Part shown: in pieces, positions 56,601 through 64,000 of the stretch
Numbering within the stretch: the first letter of the stretch is position 1
Layout: each line of letters begins with the position of its first letter
Origin: Ruditapes philippinarum
Taxonomy: Eukaryota
Assembly: GCF_026571515.1 (NCBI RefSeq)
Contig: NW_026853081.1
Coordinates: 186,001-250,000, forward strand
DNA: 64,000 nt
Direction: 5' to 3'
Notes under the pieces: model-generated
Database searches by the model: none
What the model was told of the DNA's origin: nothing
The model's input: only the letters and a program-made list of their open reading frames with translations
Translations under genes and position numbers: made by a program

Positions 56601-59600
56601 ATCTTCGTTTGTCATGACCAGTGGTGTCTGTTACATATACTTGTAGGTCGAAGTCTGTTGCATCGTCATATGTGCTGTCAGCAGTTGTCAACATTATCCT
56701 ATGTGTGGTACTTGTCCATTGTTCATCTTTCTTTAAACTCTGTACAAAAGTGTTATCTTTAAATGAATACTCAAAATGTTTGTGTCATTTTATAAAGGAT
56801 GTTATCGTTAGTACACGTTTGCACAGACGCGTTCTTACAACAATATTCATATTTTATCCATGGGATTGAGCAGTCCCTGCGAGGAGAATAAAATAAAATT
56901 CAAACGGTTCCAAATCAACAATTAAACTAGAATGTATTAAACACTCTAAAATAAGTAAAAATAGGTATACCAATACTCAAAAAAGTTCCCGGAGACGGAT
57001 ATAACCTCATGGTTTATTATAAAGACATATAATCTCGCACAATATGTCATATAACACCTACGTATTTGCAACGATTATATCAAATGTTTGTAAATAGCTT
57101 AAATGGTTAAAAGGTGATCTATAAAGTATTCAATAATGTTTCAAAAGGTTTTAACAGACATCGACAATTTTGATTTACAACATTGTAAAATCTTTTGATA
57201 ATTTTCTAAACAAAACAATCTATTAAAATTCTTGCTTAAGTTTATTATAAAAATGATAAAACATTTATATACCTCGTTTGCATTGAATATTTAAAGTAAA
57301 CATGCTATTCAATGCAAATATATAGATTATCTACACTCATTAGACAATACAGATGTATGATGAAACACAAATATCTACTACAACAATAATGCACAAGGGC
57401 CGTTAGTCCTTCGCATGAAAATTATTGCCTTAATTAGATAATTACAGTTGTGTAATATAAAGATTATGGTAATTATGCAAGCAATGTCTGTTTAAGTCTG
57501 GAACCTTTTTAGGATCATATCAAATGTTTTGTTGTAATACAATTGAAAGTAATCTTACATGAGGTAAAGACGACTCCACAGACATCTTAACCTCAATAAC
57601 CTCAACCCTTTTTCAAGTTTATTTAAGTTATCTGAATAGAGACCACTTACACGTGTGGTTGAAAAATCAAGGTTCAAAAAGAGAAAACAGTAGCAAAATC
57701 TTATAACACCTTGCAGCATTATTAACCTTGAACCCGGTGAATGACAGGCGTCCATGAAAATGCGTCATAAGTAAATTTCCAAGACCCACAAAATCCTCAA
57801 AAAACAAAAGTTGTTTCCAATGATTGCAAATAAATATTTTTTTCTTAAATCTTTTTAAGGTCCAGAAATACAAATTTTAAACATGTGTGTTTTTCCCTTA
57901 ATGTATATTTGTCCATATAAGAACATTAAAAACCATCCGAAACAATCATAGACATGACATTGAGATCAATTGTGTCAATGAAATATCTATTCCAGGCAAT
58001 ATGATAGTGCCGTTGTGTTCAAATATAAGCAAAATTCAATAATTTATTTCTAAGTTCATATTTTGATAACAAGGTTATAGCCATTTTATTAAAGATCAAC
58101 CATTTGACATAAAATGAAATTTTAGCGCTCTTAAAGGATTCTGTTTTCTGTATTTTGTTAGGTTATACTGAAATTTCTGTTTTTATTAAAAATAAAATAA
58201 AAAGTGAAAATACATGTACTACTTTTCGGACACAAACAATAACGCAAGCACGAGCGGAAGGATGATAGACAATGTGCGATTATAAAACGTTTACTTTTAA
58301 ACTTAAAATAATATAAAAAAATTAATATTTTTTCTTAAAACGAAAGGAAAATGGTGACATCATACAAAGGCTTTTATTATATATTTGCAATGATCATTTG
58401 TTGAATGCAAGTGAACTAACTGTCCTGAATTTACCATTTGATATGAGGCTTAGTTCTAGTACAGCGATTTCATAATAGTTACATATGTTTAAACAAAATG
58501 TGTATTATCAATTGTTAAAGCATATGTAATATTTCAATTAACGCAGTCAAATGCTAAATGTTTAATGCAAATAATAATGATATCATATAGTCACACAGAT
58601 CCCTAAATTGCGTTCAGCCGTGTTTTGTAAACGGACTCCATTTTCTAAGGTTTTAACGGTAACAATAACTATCCTTAACCTTAACCTTAAATGTTTCAGT
58701 GCTCAGTATTTTTATAGAATTATTGATTTGTTTATTTGAACATTCTCTCGCTGGAACGCTTCTGTCTGAAATTGAAAGTATTTGCGTGCTCTAACAAACA
58801 ATTCAAATACAACACGTGGATGTAATATAATGGGTTGACAGATTATTTGTAATAATTGCATTATGCCTCTATTGTTTTCAAAACGCACGATTTATGAAAA
58901 TTAAATGAAGATGTTCAATTAGGTTGGTGCTTAGATGTTATGTGTTGTGGTAAGAAGCTTGCATTGGTTACATTTGTCCGTGAACAATCTCAATCAATAT
59001 ATCACTTTTTAATTTGAACACAATAAACATATTTACTGTTTTAAATGAATTTGACTTACGCCCATGTATCATTTTGACAAATATATTTATAGGCTACACT
59101 GTAATAAATTAATATTTTCAAAGAGTTTTTTTATTTTTGTTTTTTATTTCATTCTTTTTTTGGGGGGGGGGGGGAGGGGGGTCGTTATAGGAACACAGTA
59201 TAGTTTATAAGGCTTTTTTCCAGCTTTAATGATGGAAGAACACCTCAGGTGCCCATCTGTACATTATTTCAATCACAAACGAAAACCTGACTAGAACCAC
59301 CGGCGTTCCGTAGGTTTCTCATATGATCAGTTTGCCTCAGAAACATAAACCTGTATTTTAAACATGGAAATGAACCCGTTTTGCTTGTTCCTTTAGGAGA
59401 ATTTCCCCATCTTTAAATACAAGCAGACATGTAATGGTAAAAGACATTTGAAACCGTTATGTTTATTTCAAAGCATCAGAATCATCACTTCGTCAAATAC
59501 GTACATTGTGTATATATGAAGATATATGTGAAATATGTGTAATACATATTTAAATGTTACCTTTATTTTAACAAAAGGATTACCCACATCAGCGATGTTT

Positions 59601-61991
59601 TGTACACGAAGTTTTCCTGTACACATATCAGGTACAGAAGATTCATCTTCAAAAGTAATTCTTTCTTCACAATTTGGTTCTTCGTCATCAGTGTAATAGC
59701 AGCCTTTAGGAATTGTCTGCTCGATATCAACAGTAGCAGAACCGCTTTTGCTCAGTGTAATGGAATCGTCCTTTACCTGTAAGAAAGACAAAACATGTTG
59801 CCTTTTCGATGATTATAGAAAATGTTGTTGATGCTATTGTTTCTGTTGGTGTGTTTATGTTATGGATGAATCATGACATATTTTTATAAGTTTAAGCCAA
59901 ATTTTTACTTCTTTTGTCCCGCGTAAAGGCTATAATGTTTTCAGGACTCTTTTCCATCCACGTGATCAACACTGTACCTGGGGACCAAAAAATACATCAA
60001 AAAAAAGGGTTTTTTGGGAAAAAACCAGTAACAGTCATTTATATTAGTTTTTTTCTAAAAAAATAGAATCAATTTAACAAGGGGTTGGAGCAATGATCTT
60101 TTTTTTTATTTAAATCACTTGGGAATATTAAGGGCTTACCAGCACTCATTGTTCTGAAATAAGCACGCGCCCTTTTGACCTAACCCCCGTAAATCTTAAA
60201 AATCAAAAATAGTTTTATATTTGTGTCTGGATAAAGCTATAATCTCTACAAAATTCTAATACATTTGACGTATAAGGCAGTGAAATAAATATTCAACTGA
60301 TTAATGAAGATATTAAGAGGTTATTCTTAAAATGTTGATTAATTTCCGACTCAATTGTCTATATAGTTAAGTGAGTGTTAGATGATTTAAAAACATGTAT
60401 TGAAACATCAAATGAGTTTATGTAATGTAATAACCAAGTTACCTCATACCCAGGTCCAAGAGCCGATAAGAAATCTTCCTTAAATAAAAGTTCGTCCTGA
60501 TTTGAAGAGGGTCCCATCTGAACTTGGAATGTACCATTTATGTACCTAAAAAAAGAAAGATACCCTGAAAGAACGTTTATGCGTATAATCAACATTATTT
60601 GTATATGTATATAATAAAATGTAATCTCTAAATAAATGGCACATGAGTGTAGATGACAATCAGTAAAATATAAGGTTTTATCCGTGAAATAAGAACCATG
60701 ACAGTTGTCACTCACTGTGAGTGATTCCCGAATTTCTTATTGGCTATGATTCCGTAAATTCGTAAATACGTGAAAAGGTTATGGTTGCGTTTTGTTCTTT
60801 ATACTATCCATAGTTAAATGAAACGCCCCAGTAACTATTATATTTGTTTGCACTGTGTAACGTCGCAGAGAGCTCTCGGCGAATAAAGATATGGGGAGAG
60901 TTTTGTCTGTTGCACTGTAGTATATATAGCTCTTCGTCAGCTGTATATTTGCAGTACAAACGAATAAAGCTTCGGGATACAACATTCATTTGATTGAAAT
61001 AACAAAATAAGCATGTCATTCCATATTCTGTAGAGTCTAAAAAGTTTTTTTATGTCAATTTTGTGTATTTTAGGTAATTACAAATTACGATATCATGCAA
61101 TATTTATATGGGGATAGATTATTTGTTCAGAAACAATCTTTAAGGTGAATTTTAAGGAGATAATACGAAAGAAAATGAAAGAGTAACTTTATTTACCATT
61201 TTGTGATATACGTTACCCCATCAAGTATGTCAGATTCACATCTATATTGCAGAAAGGGACTATAAACTTTACGTAATTTGCCGTTGTCTTCAGTATTCAG
61301 GATTTTATGACCAATTTCGGGCTTGACTTTCACATTGTTCCGATGCACTGTAACGAATCATACAAAGTAATAGAGGTTCAATGTTGTGACATTATGCTTA
61401 TGTTTTCATTGTCAAATTGAGCTGAATTGAGTACATATTTCAACAGATTGACTGCTCTGATAGTGATTGAACAGCAATTTCTACTTGGAAAAGTTTAGGA
61501 TAAGATATAAATATGCCTTATATATAAAAAGACTGTCCCAATTTTGTTTTTATAAAATGAACATTACAGGTAAATACCGTTGGATATTTTCAGATTGTTT
61601 AATATTGGATTTAAAATATTTTTAGATAAGCTAACAAGTAAATATTCAACTCAATCACACTTTTTCTATCCTACTAAAACAAATAGATAGCTTAAATTTG
61701 ATATGGATTTAAAATAAAAATTTTTTTTTTCGAAATCTAATTTATGGCCAGCAAAAATCTTTTAATATTTTGTATCTTTTTATGATTTTACAAAAAATTA
61801 TGCTCTACCTAAGCATAAAAAATCACTCCAAGTTGCGAAATAAGAGAAATCAAATTGAAGTTGTCCGTTGCACAATCTGGTATAAATGTATATGTCAGAA
61901 CAGGTGTTCGTTTCATAATCACCATATTTTTCATGAACCCAGCACATCGACAGTCTCACTGGTGTTTCACTAAGCACATTTGGAAATGGCT
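44201..61991 (-). CDS. VWDE-like (von Willebrand factor D and EGF domain) membrane protein; 5' end unresolved
   Basis: Phase-compatible minus exons: 61991-61809, 61347-61197, 60545-60443, [59977-59909 disrupted], 59776-59561, 56739-56587, 55671-55589 (CYSHVDPHMRTVDG), 53256-53193, 52820-52629 (PVCACGIAI), 50635-50421 (GLCGTFDGDRSND..FADSWR), 47471-47264, 46908-46762, 46540-46366 + 45944-45757 (EGF CLNNCSGNGECLKTGVCECHGTFRGPDCS), 45542-45276, 44884-44779 (CFIDGIC..CLLCDP..W), 44634-44499 (TM), 44306-44201 (stop; a further small exon is possible). Confidence 0.88.
44640..44696. repeat. (ATCA)n tetranucleotide microsatellite
   Basis: About 14 perfect units next to the TM-exon acceptor. Confidence 0.95.
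47741..48284. mobile_element. piggyBac-like MITE (TTAA target duplication), apparently nested in an older TIR element ~47519-48499
   Basis: ttaa|ccttttt..ccc and ggg.aaaagg|ttaa termini. The host ends in gaaagtag..ctactttc. Confidence 0.6.
48665..49745 (+). mobile_element. Two adjacent HINE/Helentron-like elements with internal tandem units
   Basis: aacaagagct start, repeated aaagggcaataactc..gttcttgtgcact units, (gacgcc)n and end hairpin atgtcgcc..ggcgacac. A second array of three ~160-bp gggcataattctgt..gttggggtcatgatggtg units follows. Confidence 0.7.
49795..50030 (+). mobile_element. Degenerate tRNA-derived SINE
   Basis: gacttcgaacca..gggttaaaatcc..ggaagat..aaagctggaaagtca..catgact. Confidence 0.5.
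50910..51663 (+). mobile_element. HINE/Helentron-like element with ~150-bp tandem core units
   Basis: aacaagagccc start; 3-4 units of aaagggcaat.actc..ggcagagt..ttcttgtgcactgca; (ggac)n; terminal hairpin tatgctcccccgaaatttttcggggagcata followed by an A-run. Confidence 0.8.
51914..52531. mobile_element. Foldback non-autonomous element (possibly Crypton-type)
   Basis: Palindrome gaaggtgataatcggccc..cccgagggcttcagcccgaggg..gggccgattatcaccttc; ends ttaatacac / gtgtattaa. Confidence 0.6.
53781..55480 (-). mobile_element. Decayed near-full-length mariner transposase (irritans/Himar-like), split by a ~750-bp insertion
   Basis: In order on minus: KEIHRRMTEMYGD..YFTVAKW, SARMVSRYL (WVPxxL), LVTGDET, [insert ~55010-54250], KVMATV..WESKGII, TGEYYANII, NVPVHMSRVVQTAI, HPPFIPDLARSDYYLF, YHKGI, then TIR ..actcccctcgtg. 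Many stops and frameshifts. Confidence 0.88.
59185..59330 (-). mobile_element. tRNA-derived SINE fragment
   Basis: tttccagctttaatgatggaagaacacctcaggtgccc..tagaaccacc. Confidence 0.6.
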
Positions 61992-64000
61992 CTGCAATAA
62001 TAAATCAAAGCATTGAATGTACTGATGGGGAGGCTATGACAGAATGTTTCAGACTTATAGTTTCTTTTCTTTTTGCTTAAAATGTGCTGTTAAATAAGAA
62101 GATATGCACATTGCGCCATTTATCGTTCAACCATTCATATATATGGTTAATATGGTTGACTATTCATTTTGTTAATATTCCAGAACATTTCATTGAGGTG
62201 TACATTCGGATTGTTAATCATGCAAATTTTGAAAAACCTAAAAACCATTCATAAATGACATACCAGCAGGTATGACGACTGTTCATTATAATATCATAAT
62301 ACCATTTTACAACTTACGGTTCCTTATCAAAATATTCTAGGACTGTTCATCATAAATACTTTATGTCATTTTAATATCATTGAATGATAATAACAACTGC
62401 AAGTTAAGCAACATTTTAATTGAACATAAAAATTATACATATTTACATGTACCATAATTGAGATCAATAAGACACTGTCTTGTGATGAGTATTAATATTC
62501 ATTCTCTATGGACAGAAAGTTGTCTTCTCCCGAAGCAAATCTCGAATTAAATCACGTTTCAGAAAATTATTCCCATTTCATTACTCGTCGCTGACTTTGA
62601 CGGCTTCGGATAATATTAAAGCTAAATATTTCTTGAAAAAATACATATCTGCAAAGCTTATTCAAAATTGAATCAACCTAAGTGAAAATTGATCAGGAAG
62701 TTATATTCTTTTTTTTACCGCCAACACTCAACCAACTTATGGTAGTTTAATCGATAGATTTTAAACCTCGCTAGCTTGAAAATATATACTGCGGAAAATC
62801 TGTTGTTAACAGGGTGTGCGGTTATCACGTAGGGTTTTCCTTGTCGACCATTTCCCGCAAATAGATGAGAACATCGAAGCATCAGTGCTATAAATGGTGT
62901 TATAAATAGCGTGTTTTGGAGGTTTTTGTTGAAACTTCTCCAAATCCCTCCAGGGATATGCACGTCGCAGAGAAGCCACACGGCAGGTCAAGGTCAAGTC
63001 ATCTCAAGTACCAAAGGTGATTGGTTGAACTGTCGTAACTTACTCTGGAGGTTTGGCGCTAATGAACGCCGTTTTTGTTGTCGTCAATCAGGAAGTTGAT
63101 GCCTTGACAGTACTGTCGTCTCCTTTACCACTAACGAACGAAGAATGGGCTACCAGGAAGATTCTGCTTCAAAAAGACGTCCCCGATGCTATAATCTCGG
63201 ACATATGGTTATTCCTGCGCCGAGAATAATTGAACTTAAAACACACACTCTTGTTGAAAAAAAACAAAAAAAACAAAAAAAAAAAACAACAACATATTTT
63301 CTGTAGTAATTTTTCAAGTGTTGTAAAATGAAAACGAAATTCGATTCATGCCGCCAATTAATTTTAGAACACAAGCATATAAGTTATTTTTATTTGATTT
63401 ATTCAAATAAACATTAATCACTTCAGCGCGCGCAAATATCGTTTTCAAATTAAAATTTCGTAAGATACAAATGTATGTTGATGAATTTCCGATGCTCGAC
63501 TGTAAGTCATTCGTATATATATGCGGTTTTTTTTTGTTTTTGTTTTTTAAAGCTTCTTATTCTTTAATATTTTTATGTATCTCACAATCTGTATTGAAAA
63601 TTTTATTACACATGGACTATCAAATTATGATTCGTTGCCCTAGAATTGAATAAACTTTCTAATTACACAATACGGGGTCATTCATTTGATTGAAGACTGA
63701 TCTTTGCGTCTTTCTCTGAAATAATTATTTCCTTGTTAAAACATATTTGACCACATATTTCTGTCATTTAACTGTTCCCTTTACTTCCGATTTTTGTTGT
63801 ACCGAAACACATGTTTCTATTTGTGATTTCTATTCGAATCCTTAATCAGTTTAATGGGATCACCACCGGGTAAACGACTACTAGGTACTTTTGTCATGTT
63901 TTTTTACCCCAAATATTTGAATGTTTCTATTGGGATTAAAATGAGCGTAGATAACTAAACAACTGGTTGTATAAATCCCTGACCTGTCTAATTCTAATTA

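Noticed and set aside
56800-56877. Exon-like segment in a VWDE-like intron
   Set aside because: The flanking exons join in phase 0 without it and there is no convincing donor.
60779-61019. Two overlapping minus ORFs inside the VWDE-like gene
   Set aside because: Neighbouring exons splice directly (TKW-YING) and there is no compatible donor.

Overview
AT-rich, intron-containing eukaryotic DNA. The SINE and Helentron-type repeats and the VWDE-like gene suggest a bivalve mollusc (inference). The ORF track mostly catches single exons, so I rebuilt gene models by hand from splice sites and phases. The first 42 kb hold a tandem cluster of related type-I membrane receptors: signal peptide, SUEL/Gal-lectin-like Cys domain, CUB-like Cys domain, Ser/Thr stalk, TM helix and tyrosine-motif tail. 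The cluster has three close paralogs on + (R1-R3; ITIM-like SNYEEV, YSH repeats, acidic YDHL), a decayed tail remnant (R4) and a divergent copy (R5) whose unrelated tail carries a consensus-spaced ITAM plus YxN motifs. A more distant relative (R0) lies head-to-head on - and runs off the window. The layout resembles a paired inhibitory/activating receptor family. From 44.2 to about 62 kb on - is a multi-exon, membrane-anchored VWD+EGF (VWDE-like) gene, convergent with R5. Repeats include mariner relics, tRNA-derived SINEs, Helentron-like tandem-repeat elements, foldback elements and microsatellites. There are two N gaps.
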